A DNA stretch of 64,000 bases from Planctomycetota bacterium (GCA_037129495.1 JBAXUW010000002.1:5498-69497); one strand, 5' to 3'; counted from the first letter of the stretch, positions 17,460 to 27,823 are shown. The notes: generated by a model not told the origin, from the sequence alone. Program-made: numbers and translations.

Positions 17460-17483
17460 ACGGGGTCAGGCCGACCATAGATT
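17455..17483 (+). promoter_or_regulatory. Putative sigma70-type promoter of the S10 operon
   Basis: TTGACA (17455-17460), a 17-nt spacer, then TAGATT (17478-17483). This would give a leader of about 245 nt before the rpsJ GTG at 17736. Confidence 0.35.
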
Positions 17484-17735
17484 CCGTGCTTCATCCGCAG
17501 CAACTCCCCGCAGCGCCTTTGGCCGCAGGAGGGAGTCGCAGGACAAGGCCTTTTCGGAGGTTTTATCCGGTTTTGCCGGGCGCATACGCCTCGGGCAAGC
17601 GTGCGATGATACCGCCGAATAGTGCCGAATCGCAGTGTTTTTGGTTGTTCTTGATCGACAGTTGTTGATACCTCGCTCGTCATAGTTCTTCTGTTCCGGT
17701 TCTTTTGTTCTGGCATTGTTGACTGGAGTTTTGTT

Positions 17736-18062
17736 GTGGCCGGTCCGACTCAAGAGATTATCCGAATTCGCATGGAGGCCTACGATCACGCCGTGCTCGA
17801 TCAGAGCGCCGCGGAGATCGTTGATACCGCGAAGCGAACCAATTCCGAGGTGCACGGCCCGATCCCGCTTCCCACGCGCATTGAGCGGTATACCGTGCTC
17901 TCCAGCCCGCACGTCGATAAGAAGGCCAGACAGCAGTACGAAATCCGCACTCACAAGCGTGTTATTGACATTGTTTCCGCTACGGCCAAGACGATCGAGG
18001 CTCTCAATAAGTTAAGCCTTCCCGCGGGCGTTGACATCAAGATTAAGGCTTCGTCCAGGTAA
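17736..18062 (+). CDS. rpsJ: 30S ribosomal protein S10
   Basis: [70 protein letters not shown] start. Confidence 0.95.
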   Translation: MAGPTQEIIRIRMEAYDHAVLDQSAAEIVDTAKRTNSEVHGPIPLPTRIERYTVLSSPHVDKKARQQYEIRTHKRVIDIVSATAKTIEALNKLSLPAGVDIKIKASSR

Positions 18063-18322
18063 TCGCTGGTGGGGTTGTAGATCCGGCTTATCCAGTTTAA
18101 CTCAACGTCCACTCCGCTATCATTTCATTCAGTTCATCAACTTCATCACCACATTCAGGAGCGCAAGTTACGGCATGCTTGGAAGGCGTTGTGGGTAAGG
18201 CTCGGGGGGATTCTCCTGGGTGCTCCCGCAGCCAACGACTTCGAGCGTGATCGCGAGATAGAATCAGGGCAGATGCAGAAATGCGTTTGGCGCTTGAAAG
18301 TCTGTCTCAATGGCGTTGCAAT

Positions 18323-19105
18323 ATGACTTCAGAATCGAAGACTGATTCCGCAGTCTCTGCCGGTCGGAAAGGTCTTCTCGGCCGAAAGGTCGGAATGACA
18401 CAGGTGTTCGATGCCAACGGCTTGGTGGTTCCTGTCACTGTGATCGAGGCTGGACCCTGTTCGGTGATGCAGGTGCGGTCTACCGATCGCGACGGCTACG
18501 ATGGCGTTCAGATTGGCTTTCTTGACAAGCCTCGCCGGTTGGCCAGCCGTTCCGTTCGTGGTCATGTTGCCAAACTCGATAGTCGCCGCGGAAAGCGGGC
18601 TGCTGAGGCTGGAGTGGTGCCTTTTCCGAAGGCGGATTGTGAGCCCCAGCGTTTCATCCGTGAACTCCGAGGCGTCTACCTGGGGGTCGAGGTTGGCAAT
18701 GTGCTAACCGTTGATCTTTTTGAGGGTGTCGACTCGGTTGACATTGTTGGCACGACCAAGGGTCGCGGCACTGCGGGTGTCATGAAACGGCATGGTTTTA
18801 AGGGTCAACGGGCTAGCCACGGTGTGAAGAAAGTGCATCGCCATCAGGGCGGTACGGGCATGAACACATCTCCGGGTCGCGTTTTCAAGGGCAAGAAAAT
18901 GGCGGGCCGGATGGGCAACGAGCGTTCGACGATGCGAAACGTGAAGCTTGTCCGGATCGATCGGGAAAACAACCTGCTTCTTGTCCGTGGCGCGGTGCCT
19001 GGCCCAAACGGTGGGTATGTGATGGTGCGGCAGACCAACAAGGTCAAGCGTCGCGGTGGGCCAGCTCCCGCTGGCGGTGCCAAGAAGAAGGCGGGTGCCA
19101 AGTGA
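18323..19105 (+). CDS. rplC: 50S ribosomal protein L3
   Basis: GLLGRKVGMTQVFDANGLVVPVTVIEAGPC. ATG at 18323; the ORF is open from 18281. Confidence 0.95.
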   Translation: MTSESKTDSAVSAGRKGLLGRKVGMTQVFDANGLVVPVTVIEAGPCSVMQVRSTDRDGYDGVQIGFLDKPRRLASRSVRGHVAKLDSRRGKRAAEAGVVPFPKADCEPQRFIRELRGVYLGVEVGNVLTVDLFEGVDSVDIVGTTKGRGTAGVMKRHGFKGQRASHGVKKVHRHQGGTGMNTSPGRVFKGKKMAGRMGNERSTMRNVKLVRIDRENNLLLVRGAVPGPNGGYVMVRQTNKVKRRGGPAPAGGAKKKAGAK

Positions 19106-19884
19106 ATTTAGCCGTTTACGACATTTCAGGACAAAAAGTCGGCTCCTACGAGATCGATCCTGCCGAGCTAGCCCCTACTGTAAATAAGCAACTGCTTCAC
19201 GACGCCGTCGTGATGTATCAGGCCAACCAGCGGCAGGGTACGTTCCGCACAAAGAGCCGTGGCGAGGTCGCCGGCTCCACCAAGAAGCTCTATCGCCAAA
19301 AGGGTACGGGCAACGCCCGTGCCGGTGGCCGGCGGAGCGGCGTGCGTCGTGGTGGTGGCCATATCTTCGCCAAGCGTCCCCGTGACTTTGGCTGGCGGAT
19401 GCCGAAGAAGGCTCTCCGTGCTGCAACTCGGATGGCGCTGGCCGCCCGGCTGGCCGACGATGAGGTCAAGCTCGTCAACGGTCTGGAGATGGTGGCTCCA
19501 AAAACAGCTGCCATGGCCAAGCTGCTCAAGGTTCTGGGCATCGCTGAGAAGACGGTGCTGGTCGCCCCGGAGAAGCATGACGCCATACTCTGGAAGAGTG
19601 CCCGCAATATCGAGGGTGTCTCTGTAGCGCCTGTCGCTGAGCTGAATGCCTGGTCGTTGCTGGAGCCGCGGGCGGTATTGATGACGACTGGAGCGATCGA
19701 CGCGTTTCGGGCGATGGTGGCCAAACTGCAGTCGGAGAAGTCAGACGCCCTAATCCGTAAGGCAGCTGGGCCAAAAGTAGCCAAGGGCTCGTCGGCGAAG
19801 GCTTCGTCGGTGTCGAAGGTGTCGGTTGCCAAGCGTGCTGAAAGCCGCCCCTCCGCAAAGCGGGCCGCGAAGAAGGAAAAATAA
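19102..19884 (+). CDS. rplD: 50S ribosomal protein L4 (with a Lys/Ala-rich C-terminal tail)
   Basis: KGTGNARAGGRRSGVRRGGGHIFAKRPRDF. GTG start overlaps the rplC stop (GTGA). About 55 extra C-terminal residues (KAAGPKVAKGSSAKASS..AKKEK). Confidence 0.95.
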   Translation: MNLAVYDISGQKVGSYEIDPAELAPTVNKQLLHDAVVMYQANQRQGTFRTKSRGEVAGSTKKLYRQKGTGNARAGGRRSGVRRGGGHIFAKRPRDFGWRMPKKALRAATRMALAARLADDEVKLVNGLEMVAPKTAAMAKLLKVLGIAEKTVLVAPEKHDAILWKSARNIEGVSVAPVAELNAWSLLEPRAVLMTTGAIDAFRAMVAKLQSEKSDALIRKAAGPKVAKGSSAKASSVSKVSVAKRAESRPSAKRAAKKEK

Positions 19885-19887
19885 GAT

Positions 19888-20208
19888 ATGGCAGTCCCAA
19901 TTCCCCCGCCGCCGAAGTTTACTGCTCGGCTGTCGCCCTATCATGTGATTCTCCGGCCGCTGGTCACGGAGAAGGGAATGCACCGTGCTACTCGGCATAA
20001 TGCCTACACGTTTCAAGTTGTAACAGAGGCGAACAAGACCGATATCCGCCGGGCTGTTGAGGAATTATTCAGTGTTAAGGTGGAAAAGGTAAACGTCCAA
20101 AACCGCATCGGTAAGGTGCGTCGCAGCCGAACGCGACGAACCAGCACGAAGGCCTGGAAGAAGGCCGTTGTAACGCTGAAACCCGATTTTAAGATCAATC
20201 TGTTTTAA
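19888..20208 (+). CDS. rplW: 50S ribosomal protein L23
   Basis: YHVILRPLVTEKGMHRATRHNAYTFQVVTEANKTDIRRAVEELFSVKV. Confidence 0.95.
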   Translation: MAVPIPPPPKFTARLSPYHVILRPLVTEKGMHRATRHNAYTFQVVTEANKTDIRRAVEELFSVKVEKVNVQNRIGKVRRSRTRRTSTKAWKKAVVTLKPDFKINLF

Positions 20209-20223
20209 AGGCAGAGTTATTCT

Positions 20224-21081
20224 ATGGGTATTCGTACCTACAATCCGACCAGTCCTGGCCGCCGAAATGCGAGCGTCTCTGACTTTGCCGAACTCACCCA
20301 CGGCGCGGAAGCGCCCAAGCAACTTCGTGTGCGGAAGCACAAGTCGGGTGGCCGCAATAACCAGGGAAAGATTACCTCGCGGCACCGTGGTGGTGGTCAC
20401 ATGCAGCATTACCGGCTGATTGACTTCCGTCGCAATAAGGACGGTGTGCCAGGGAAGGTGGAGTCGATTCAGTATGACCCGAATCGCACGTGCCGCATCG
20501 CCTTGCTCCATTATGCAGACGGCGAGAAACGGTTCATTCTGGCTCCTGAGGGGCTGAAAGTTGGGACGACTGTTCAGAGCGGTGAACACGCTGCTCCTGA
20601 GGTGGGCAATTGCCTGCCAATGTCAGCCATTCCGCTGGGCATGCAGATTCATAACATCGAACTCCAGGCCGGGCGAGGCGGATGTTTTTGTCGATCGGCC
20701 GGCTCATCGGCTGTGCTCGTGGCCAGGGAAGCGCAGTGGGCGCAAATTACGCTGCCATCTGGCGAAATTCGCCGTGTGGCGGCCGCTTGTCGGGCTACGA
20801 TCGGGGCGATTGGCAATTCAGAACATATGAACGTTGTGCTCGGCAAGGCCGGTCGAAAGCGGTGGATGGGCATTCGTCCAACAGTCCGTGGCACGGCGAT
20901 GAATCCGGTTGACCATCCTCACGGCGGTGGTGAAGGCCGCACGAAGGGCGGGCGTCATCCGGTCAGTCCGACAGGAAAGAGTGCCAAGGGCGGCGGTACG
21001 CGGAAGCCTCGGAAGCCTTCGGGAACCGCAATTGTGCGGCGCCGCAAGAGCCGTCGCTATGGCCAGTTAAAAATTAGGTAA
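20224..21081 (+). CDS. rplB: 50S ribosomal protein L2
   Basis: [18 protein letters not shown] and [23 protein letters not shown]. Confidence 0.97.
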   Translation: MGIRTYNPTSPGRRNASVSDFAELTHGAEAPKQLRVRKHKSGGRNNQGKITSRHRGGGHMQHYRLIDFRRNKDGVPGKVESIQYDPNRTCRIALLHYADGEKRFILAPEGLKVGTTVQSGEHAAPEVGNCLPMSAIPLGMQIHNIELQAGRGGCFCRSAGSSAVLVAREAQWAQITLPSGEIRRVAAACRATIGAIGNSEHMNVVLGKAGRKRWMGIRPTVRGTAMNPVDHPHGGGEGRTKGGRHPVSPTGKSAKGGGTRKPRKPSGTAIVRRRKSRRYGQLKIR

Positions 21082-21152
21082 GCAGCGGTTGATCGCTGGC
21101 GGAAGCGAACCGCTGGCAGCCACAACACCAGTTACGATGGAATGCAGGAATC

Positions 21153-21440
21153 ATGGGTCGTAGTGCTAAAAAAGGTCCGTATATCGATCCACGCCTGTTC
21201 GAGAAGGTGGAGTCGCAACTCTCCTCCGGCAAGCGCGATCCGATCAAGACGTGGTCGCGTGCTTGCACGATCGTGCCGGAGTTTATCGGGCTTACGTTCA
21301 TGGTTCACAACGGCAGGTTGCATATGAAGGTCTTTGTTACCGAGGACATGGTCGGACACAAACTCGGTGAATTTTCACCGACGCGGACATTCCGCGGCCA
21401 CGGCGGCAAGGTTAAGGAATCCCCTGCCGTGGGCAAGTAA
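21153..21440 (+). CDS. rpsS: 30S ribosomal protein S19
   Basis: [35 protein letters not shown]. Confidence 0.97.
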   Translation: MGRSAKKGPYIDPRLFEKVESQLSSGKRDPIKTWSRACTIVPEFIGLTFMVHNGRLHMKVFVTEDMVGHKLGEFSPTRTFRGHGGKVKESPAVGK

Positions 21441-21516
21441 GAGAACTCGCCGTCATTTGCACGTAGTTCGCACGCCTTCCGCTCAGAAGTCAGCACAAGT
21501 TTTGCACAGGTGATTC

Positions 21517-21867
21517 ATGCAGTACACAGCCACTCATAAATACGCAAGTATCGGCCCCCGCAAGGTTCGCCATTTGGCCAATCTTGTGCGCGGTAAGTTT
21601 GCTGACGAAGCACTCGACATTCTCCGCTTTCAGCCGCACCGCGGAGCTCGAATGCTGGAAAAGGTGATCAAGAGCGCTTTGGGAAATGCTGAACACAAAC
21701 AGGCTGCTGGTCTGGACGATCTGATTGTTGTCGATGCCCGAATTGATGAGGGGCCGATGCTGAAGCGGATTCGGCCGCGGGCCCGCGGTATGGCATTCGG
21801 GGTCAAGCGTCGTACTTCGCACATCAGGGTAGCGCTCGACTCGTCTGTCGATGCAGCTGCGAAATAG
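21517..21867 (+). CDS. rplV: 50S ribosomal protein L22
   Basis: ATHKYASIGPRKVRHLANLVRGKFADEALDILRF..PRARGMAFGVKRRTSHIRV. Confidence 0.96.
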   Translation: MQYTATHKYASIGPRKVRHLANLVRGKFADEALDILRFQPHRGARMLEKVIKSALGNAEHKQAAGLDDLIVVDARIDEGPMLKRIRPRARGMAFGVKRRTSHIRVALDSSVDAAAK

Positions 21868-21908
21868 CACCGCAAACATTTCACACCATAATTAAGAAGG
21901 CGATTCAC

Positions 21909-22604
21909 ATGGGCCAAAAAGTAAATCCCGTCGGGTTCCGGACCGGTATCACCGAGCCGTGGAAGAGCCGTTGGTATGCCACGAAGAAAGACTTCCGCGA
22001 CTTGTTGCTCGAGGATTTTAAGGTGCGTCGCTACCTCAAAACAAAGCATCGCGCAGCGGCGATCCCGAAGGTTGAGATCGAGCGGACCCGTGACGAAGTC
22101 AAGGTAATCGTCCACTCGGCCCGACCAGGCGTGATCCTTGGCCGCAAAGGCCAGGAGGCGGATCGCCTTCAGGAGGAACTTCAGGTGCTGCTCGGCCGCC
22201 GTGTCAATCTCAAGGTAGAGGAAGTGAGCCGTCCTGAGATCATGGCTCAGCTTATCGCTGAGGATATCTGCGACCAACTCACGAAGCGAGCAGCCTTTCG
22301 ACGGTCGCTGAAGCGGGCGCTCGACACCACTATGGATGCGGGCGCCAAGGGCGTAAAAATTCAACTGTCGGGTCGGCTGGGTGGTGCGGAGATGTCGCGG
22401 TGCGAGAAGGCGATCGCCGGCTCGATGCCCCTCTCCACCCTGCGGGCAAAGATCGATTACGGATTCTGCGAAGCTCCCACGGCGCAGGGGCACATTGGAG
22501 TGCAAGTGTGGGTTAACCAAGGCATGTACGAGGAGGCTGGCGATGGCGCTGATGCCCAAGAGGGTCAAGCACCGAAAAAGCCAAAGAGGTCGTATAAGAG
22601 GTGA
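21909..22604 (+). CDS. rpsC: 30S ribosomal protein S3
   Basis: MGQKVNPVGFRTGITEPWKSRWYA; KH domain; GRLGGAEMSR. Confidence 0.97.
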   Translation: MGQKVNPVGFRTGITEPWKSRWYATKKDFRDLLLEDFKVRRYLKTKHRAAAIPKVEIERTRDEVKVIVHSARPGVILGRKGQEADRLQEELQVLLGRRVNLKVEEVSRPEIMAQLIAEDICDQLTKRAAFRRSLKRALDTTMDAGAKGVKIQLSGRLGGAEMSRCEKAIAGSMPLSTLRAKIDYGFCEAPTAQGHIGVQVWVNQGMYEEAGDGADAQEGQAPKKPKRSYKR

Positions 22605-22959
22605 CGCCTCGCGCGGCAACCGCGTTGTCTTTGGTGATTTCGGCCTTCAGGCCGAACAGCCAGGATGGCTCGCGGCGGCCACTATCGAGGCTGGTCGCAT
22701 CGCGGCTCAGCAGTACCTCCGGACGGAGGGCAGGCTATTCGTGCGCGTGTTTCCCCATAAGTCAATTACGTCAATACCGCTTGAAACCCGGATGGGTAAG
22801 GGCAAGGGTGAGCCTGAGTTCTGGGCAGCAGTGATCAAGCCCGGAATGATTCTGTATGAGATTGGTGGAGTGACTGAAGATGCTGCTCGCGTCTGTCTGG
22901 CTCGACTGGCACACAAGATGCCCGTGCGGGTTCGGTTTGTGCGGCGGCGTTTGATGTAA
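22543..22959 (+). CDS. rplP: 50S ribosomal protein L16
   Basis: MALMPKRVKHRKSQRGRIRG..PLETRMGKGKGEPEFW. The start (22543 or 22552) overlaps the rpsC 3' end in another frame. Confidence 0.95.
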   Translation: MALMPKRVKHRKSQRGRIRGDASRGNRVVFGDFGLQAEQPGWLAAATIEAGRIAAQQYLRTEGRLFVRVFPHKSITSIPLETRMGKGKGEPEFWAAVIKPGMILYEIGGVTEDAARVCLARLAHKMPVRVRFVRRRLM

Positions 22960-23025
22960 GTGTTCAATTGACGTATGCGTAAGAATAAAGTGCTCGGGAA
23001 AAGAAGAGAACGGTAGAGAAGGGTC

Positions 23026-23388
23026 ATGACGAAGGTAAAAGAACTTAGGGACATGGGAGAAGACCAGATCCGGCTTGTCTGGAAAGACGCAGCCGAGTCG
23101 TTGTTCAAACTCCGCATTCAATCCCAGTCGGAGAAGTTGGCGTCGCCGTCAGTGCTGCGGGAGCATCGCCGGACCATCGCCCGCTGTCAGACGATCCTCA
23201 CGCAGAGGGGCGTACTGAAGAAGGGTGAGTATGCTGGTAACTCCAGTGGCACCATTGAGAATGCTCCGCAAGTCAAGAAACACGCCAAGAAAGCGCGGTT
23301 GCTCGGCCGAGCCAAGGTCAAGGAACGGGACCAAGGTGACGTGGCTCGAAAGCCAGAATTTAAGAAACGAACGCAGAGCGGGACGTAA
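23026..23388 (+). CDS. rpmC: 50S ribosomal protein L29 (with a ~55-aa basic C-terminal extension)
   Basis: VKELRDMGEDQIRLVWKDAAESLFKLRIQSQSEKLASPSVLREHRRTIARCQTIL, followed by a Lys/Arg-rich tail. Confidence 0.9.
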   Translation: MTKVKELRDMGEDQIRLVWKDAAESLFKLRIQSQSEKLASPSVLREHRRTIARCQTILTQRGVLKKGEYAGNSSGTIENAPQVKKHAKKARLLGRAKVKERDQGDVARKPEFKKRTQSGT

Positions 23389-23485
23389 GGCGGAATCAAG
23401 AGCGGGATAGAGGTCAGCGAAGGTTGATCAGCTCAGCCAGGTTTATCCAAGTCAAGTTAGGTTTATCCGTTAGGAATTACAGAAG

Positions 23486-23860
23486 ATGCCCAAGCGAATG
23501 GAAACAGGAACGGTTACGAGCGCTGCTGCGAGCAAGACGCGGCGGGTCGAAATCCCGCGTGTCGTGCGACATCCGAAGTATGGCCGCATCTTGCACCGCC
23601 GTACCGTCTGCCATGTGCACGACGAGGAGGAGACCTCGCAGCCTGGCGACCTTGTCGAGATCATTGAATGCCGGCCGCGAAGCCGCCTGAAGCGTTGGGA
23701 ACTGGTACGTGTGGTAACCAAGAGTACTGCTGTCGACATAACATCGCTGCGGAGCGGAGCTCGGGCCACGCAACTCCGCGAGTCGGCGGCCAAGGCCGAG
23801 GCAGCAGATGCCACTGGCGCCGCGGCTCCGAGGAGCACGGAAGGGCGGGCCGCAACATGA
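23486..23860 (+). CDS. rpsQ: 30S ribosomal protein S17 (with a C-terminal extension)
   Basis: [67 protein letters not shown]. Confidence 0.93.
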   Translation: MPKRMETGTVTSAAASKTRRVEIPRVVRHPKYGRILHRRTVCHVHDEEETSQPGDLVEIIECRPRSRLKRWELVRVVTKSTAVDITSLRSGARATQLRESAAKAEAADATGAAAPRSTEGRAAT

Positions 23861-24225
23861 TCCAGATGCAGTCTCGGCTCATCGTGGCCGACAACACCGG
23901 TGCCAAGGAAGTGATGTGCTTTAAGGTTTTGGGCGGCAGCAAAAAGCGGGTTGCCGGCCTCGGTGACATCATCGTTTGTAGCGTAAAAAGCGTGATCGCT
24001 GGCAGTGATGTCAAGAAAAAAGCTGTGGTCAAGGCAGTCATCGTGCGCTGCAGGAAGCCGACGCGTCGCCAAGATGGCAGTTACGTGCGGTTTGACACCA
24101 ACGCCTGCGTGATTATTGATAACGACAAGAATCCTAAGGGTACCCGCATCTTCGGTGCCGTGGCTCGCGAACTGCGGGATGCGAATTTCATGAAGATCGT
24201 CAGCCTTGCCAGTGAGGTGGTGTGA
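23857..24225 (+). CDS. rplN: 50S ribosomal protein L14
   Basis: [35 protein letters not shown] overlap with the rpsQ stop. Confidence 0.97.
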   Translation: MIQMQSRLIVADNTGAKEVMCFKVLGGSKKRVAGLGDIIVCSVKSVIAGSDVKKKAVVKAVIVRCRKPTRRQDGSYVRFDTNACVIIDNDKNPKGTRIFGAVARELRDANFMKIVSLASEVV

Positions 24226-24575
24226 TGTTGATCCATACGGGTGATCTCGTGGAGGTTACGACAGGTAATGCGCGAGGCACGCGTGCCAAGGTGCTGGCAG
24301 TGCGGCCAGACGTCGGCAAGATTGTGGTGGAGGGCGTTAATCGCGTCTATCGCCACATGAAGCGGAGCCAGAAGAATCCACAGGGTGGGCGTCTAAGCCG
24401 GGAAATGCCCATCAGTATGTCAAACGTATTGGTCGTCTGCGGCGGCTGCAGTAAGGCCACTCGAATCGGCATGCAGATCAACGCGGATGGATCGAAGGCC
24501 CGTGTCTGCAAGAAGTGTAAGGCCAGTATCAGCGTGGTACGGCCGGCTCGGACGGCGAAGGTGGGCGGCAAGTAA
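24222..24575 (+). CDS. rplX: 50S ribosomal protein L24 (Cys-pair, zinc-ribbon-type variant)
   Basis: [32 protein letters not shown]. Contains CGGC...CKKC. Start is GTG 24222 or ATG 24225, overlapping the rplN stop. Confidence 0.94.
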   Translation: MMLIHTGDLVEVTTGNARGTRAKVLAVRPDVGKIVVEGVNRVYRHMKRSQKNPQGGRLSREMPISMSNVLVVCGGCSKATRIGMQINADGSKARVCKKCKASISVVRPARTAKVGGK

Positions 24576-24663
24576 TCACAAACTGAATCGGGTACAAACG
24601 CAGAAGCGTCGATGCAGGGCGGTTTCAGACAAGGTTTTCGGGACTTTCAACAGGACTGTGGCG

Positions 24664-25293
24664 ATGGCAAAGAAGACAAAAGTAACCCAGGCAGCCAACC
24701 CAGCGTCGGCACCGGCATCGGCTGGTTCGCCGAGGATGCTCGACCATTATGTAAACGTGGTGCGGCCACAACTGGCGGAGGCTCTGTCGCGGACCAACCC
24801 GCACGCCATCCCGAAACTCGTGAAGATCGTGGTCAACATGGGTGTCGGCGTGGCTGTCACGGAAAAGAAGTATCTTGAGGAGGCGATCGGCGCGATGGCG
24901 CAGATCACCGGCCAAAAGCCGATTGCCACCATTTCCAAGGTCGCTATTTCGGGCTTCAAGCTTCGTGAGAATCTTCCCATCGGCTGCAAAGTCACCCTTC
25001 GTGGCCGGCGGATGTATGAGTTCTTTGATCGGCTCGTGTCGCTGGCATTGCCCCGCGTTCGCGACTTCCGCGGCCTCTCAAACACAGCCTTTGACGGGCA
25101 TGGAAACTACAGTCTCGGCCTCTCGGAGCAGATGGTGTTCCCGGAGATCAACCCCGACCGCTACACGCGGCCACAGGGCATGCATGTCACGATGGTGACC
25201 ACCGCCCACACTGACGACGAGGCTCGGCAGTTTTTGCTCGCGATGGGAATGCCGCTCAAGAAGGATGATAAGGATGGTGGTGCCGCGGCGTAG
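24664..25293 (+). CDS. rplE: 50S ribosomal protein L5
   Basis: ATG at 24664. [48 protein letters not shown]. About 20-aa N-terminal extension. Confidence 0.95.
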   Translation: MAKKTKVTQAANPASAPASAGSPRMLDHYVNVVRPQLAEALSRTNPHAIPKLVKIVVNMGVGVAVTEKKYLEEAIGAMAQITGQKPIATISKVAISGFKLRENLPIGCKVTLRGRRMYEFFDRLVSLALPRVRDFRGLSNTAFDGHGNYSLGLSEQMVFPEINPDRYTRPQGMHVTMVTTAHTDDEARQFLLAMGMPLKKDDKDGGAAA

Positions 25294-25331
25294 CGGCATC
25301 AAAACCGGTTGATACGAATCCAGAAGCAACT

Positions 25332-25517
25332 ATGGCAAGCAAATCAAAGATCGCCGCCGCCAAGCGGCCGCCCAAGTTTTCGACCCGCAAAGTGAACCGC
25401 TGCATGCTCTGCGGCCGGCCACGTGCTGTGTATCAGAAATTCGGCACTTGTCGCATTTGTTTCCGGAAACTCGCCGATCAGGGCTGCATCCCGGGCGTCC
25501 GGAAGGCCAGTTGGTAG
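25332..25517 (+). CDS. rpsN: 30S ribosomal protein S14, zinc-binding type Z
   Basis: 61 aa; [38 protein letters not shown]. Confidence 0.96.
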   Translation: MASKSKIAAAKRPPKFSTRKVNRCMLCGRPRAVYQKFGTCRICFRKLADQGCIPGVRKASW

Positions 25518-25627
25518 TGCGAGTAGTATCGGAGTGCTGACAACGGTTTGTAGAAGCGAGCGAGCAATCGCGACAGAGTAAACGATCACCAACGAGTCTG
25601 AGGATTTTACAAGAGGGTTCCGCTGAT

Positions 25628-26023
25628 ATGATGACTGACCCCATCGCCGACATGCTGACCCGCATCCGCAATGCGGTGCGCGTGGAACGCGCCACCGTAG
25701 AACTTCCGAGTTCAAAGGTGAAGCGCGGTGTGGCCGACGTTTTAAAGCGGGAAGGATTTATTTGGGACTGGAAAGAGGTCGAGGCAGCCCCAGTGGCCCA
25801 CCTGCACCTCGAACTCAAGTATGGCCCGAATGGCGAACGGTTGATCCGTCACATCCGCCGAGTCAGCTCGCCGGGCCGGCGCGTCTACAGCCGTTCGGCC
25901 CTCCTGCGGCCGGTGCTCGGTGGACTCGGCATTTCAATCCTTTCGACATCGAGCGGAGTGGTGAGCGATCGCGAGGCAAGACAGCGGAAGTTGGGTGGTG
26001 AAGTGCTCTGCGAATTATGGTAA
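25628..26023 (+). CDS. rpsH: 30S ribosomal protein S8
   Basis: MMTDPIADMLTRIRNAVRV..LSTSSGVVSDREARQRKLGGEVLCELW. Confidence 0.97.
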   Translation: MMTDPIADMLTRIRNAVRVERATVELPSSKVKRGVADVLKREGFIWDWKEVEAAPVAHLHLELKYGPNGERLIRHIRRVSSPGRRVYSRSALLRPVLGGLGISILSTSSGVVSDREARQRKLGGEVLCELW

Positions 26024-26109
26024 TCGGCTCGCGGGAGTGACGGTAGGCGGTGCACTTAATAACAATATAGTTCAAGGTCAGAAGGCAAGCAGAAGAAAGG
26101 TCAGAGGCG

Positions 26110-26655
26110 ATGTCCCGCATAGGTAAAGCGCCAATTGAAATTCCGAAGGGCGTGAAGGTGGCCGTGCACGCCGGCGCGCTTGCAGTGGAAGGTCCGCTCG
26201 GCAAACTCGAGCACCACGTGCACCCCGACGTGGCAGTTGCCGTGGATCAGGCCACCTCTTCGATCGTGGTAACGCGGACCGGCGACAATCGTCAGGCCCG
26301 GAGTCTTCACGGTCTAACGCGGGCGCTCGCCGCAAATATGGTGGAGGGCGTCTCCAAGGGCTATGAGAAAAAGCTCGAGATCGTGGGCGTGGGCTACCTC
26401 GCTGCGATTGGAAAGAGCGTCCTCCAGTTGCGGGTTGGTTTTGCGAACGAACTCCAACTACCAATTCCCGCGGGGCTCACAGTGACCTGCCCCGATCAGA
26501 CGCACATCACCATCAAAGGCATTGATAAGCAACTCGTTGGCCAGTTTGCTGCCGAGATTCGCGCTAAGAGAAAGCCCGAGCCTTATAAAGGCAAGGGTAT
26601 CCGTTATGAAAACGAGCAGGTGCGTCGGAAGGCCGGCAAGGCCGTTACGAAATAA
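26110..26655 (+). CDS. rplF: 50S ribosomal protein L6
   Basis: MSRIGKAPIEIPKGVKV..KKLEIVGVGY..PEPYKGKGIRYENE. Confidence 0.97.
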   Translation: MSRIGKAPIEIPKGVKVAVHAGALAVEGPLGKLEHHVHPDVAVAVDQATSSIVVTRTGDNRQARSLHGLTRALAANMVEGVSKGYEKKLEIVGVGYLAAIGKSVLQLRVGFANELQLPIPAGLTVTCPDQTHITIKGIDKQLVGQFAAEIRAKRKPEPYKGKGIRYENEQVRRKAGKAVTK

Positions 26656-26730
26656 CCCCAGCATTCTTGTCCAGATTTCTGATTGGTCTTTTCTCCCCAA
26701 ACCACTTTTCTACTTCCAACAAGACCCGCC

Positions 26731-27099
26731 ATGGACCATTCTCGTACGATTCTTCGCCAGCGCATTCGTCGCCGTCACCGCGTGCGACGGTTTATCCGCG
26801 GCACGGCGGACCGCCCGCGGCTGTCAGTCTTCCGGACCCACAAGCATATTTACGTCCAGATCATCGACGATGCAGCGGGCCGCACGCTTGTCTCGGCGAG
26901 CACCATGGACAAACAGGTCCGTGACACCGTTGGGTTCGGTGGCAATAAGGATGCTGCCGTCGTGATTGGCCGGACGGTGGCAGAGCGGGCCCAAGCCGCC
27001 GGACTCAAGAAGATCTGTTTTGATCGTGGCCAGTTTTCCTATCACGGCCGTGTCGCCGCGGTGGCCGATGCCGCCCGCGAGGCCGGTCTTGAATTTTGA
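26731..27099 (+). CDS. rplR: 50S ribosomal protein L18
   Basis: RRRHRVRRFIRGTADRPRLSVFRTHKHIYVQIIDD..FDRGQFSYHGRVAAVADAAREAGLEF. ATG at 26731. Confidence 0.95.
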   Translation: MDHSRTILRQRIRRRHRVRRFIRGTADRPRLSVFRTHKHIYVQIIDDAAGRTLVSASTMDKQVRDTVGFGGNKDAAVVIGRTVAERAQAAGLKKICFDRGQFSYHGRVAAVADAAREAGLEF

Positions 27100-27194
27100 G
27101 CCCGGAGTGGCGAAGGAACGGTCCTCAGGATTTTTTCAACGTTATCGTTCAATAGTTTCCAAGCACTCATTCTTCTAAACCGAGAGAGTCAATC

Positions 27195-27731
27195 GTGTCG
27201 AGCAGTGGCAACAGAGACAATAGAGGTTCGAGAGATCGTGATTCACGCGGTGGTGAATCACGTGGTGGCGAATTTGCTGAGAAGGTCGTCAAGGTGCGGC
27301 GGTGTGCCACGGTCGTAAAAGGTGGTAGACGCTTTAGTTTTGCTGGCCTGGTCGTGGTCGGTAACGGTCGGGGTAAGGTTGGCTGCGGCTATGGTAAAGC
27401 TAATGAAGTTCCTCCCGCCGTTGAAAAGGCGATCAAGGACGGCATGAAAAAACTGATCGAAGTACCGGTGGAGTCGGGATCGATTCCGCATCGTGTCGAG
27501 GGATTCAGCGGCACTTCCAAGGTCATCATGCTGCCAGCCAGCCCTGGTACTGGGATCATCGCTGGAGCTGCTGTCCGTGCCGTTTGTGAGTCGGCAGGTA
27601 TTCGCGATGTGCTCACAAAGGCCCACGGTTCGACCAATCCAATCAATCTGGTCAAGGCAACGCTCGACGCGCTGAAGCAACTGCGAACGCGGGCTGACGT
27701 TGAGCGACTGCGGGGCGTGACGCTCTCGTAG
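27195..27731 (+). CDS. rpsE: 30S ribosomal protein S5
   Basis: KVVKVRRCATVVKGGRRFSFAGLVVVGNGRGKVGCGYGKANEVPPAVEKA. GTG start. Arg/Gly/Ser-rich N-terminus. Confidence 0.96.
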   Translation: MSSSGNRDNRGSRDRDSRGGESRGGEFAEKVVKVRRCATVVKGGRRFSFAGLVVVGNGRGKVGCGYGKANEVPPAVEKAIKDGMKKLIEVPVESGSIPHRVEGFSGTSKVIMLPASPGTGIIAGAAVRAVCESAGIRDVLTKAHGSTNPINLVKATLDALKQLRTRADVERLRGVTLS

Positions 27732-27823
27732 GCGGGCCGGCAAGGCGGCTTCTTATGGAGCCAAAAATAGCAATTTATTTCGAACAGCGGCAAACAGGGC
27801 AGCGAAAAGCGGAAGAGTTGATC

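Noticed and set aside
21630-22619. 329-aa ORF antisense to rplV-rpsC. Similar long antisense ORFs occur at 15895-17139, 27389-28456, 36963-38033, 54629-56098, 60043-61002, 1824-3080 and 11876-12913.
   Set aside because: All lie entirely opposite genes with unmistakable conserved products. Their translations are Arg/Pro/Gly/Ala-rich low-information sequences without motifs. Long stop-free antisense frames are expected in GC-rich DNA.
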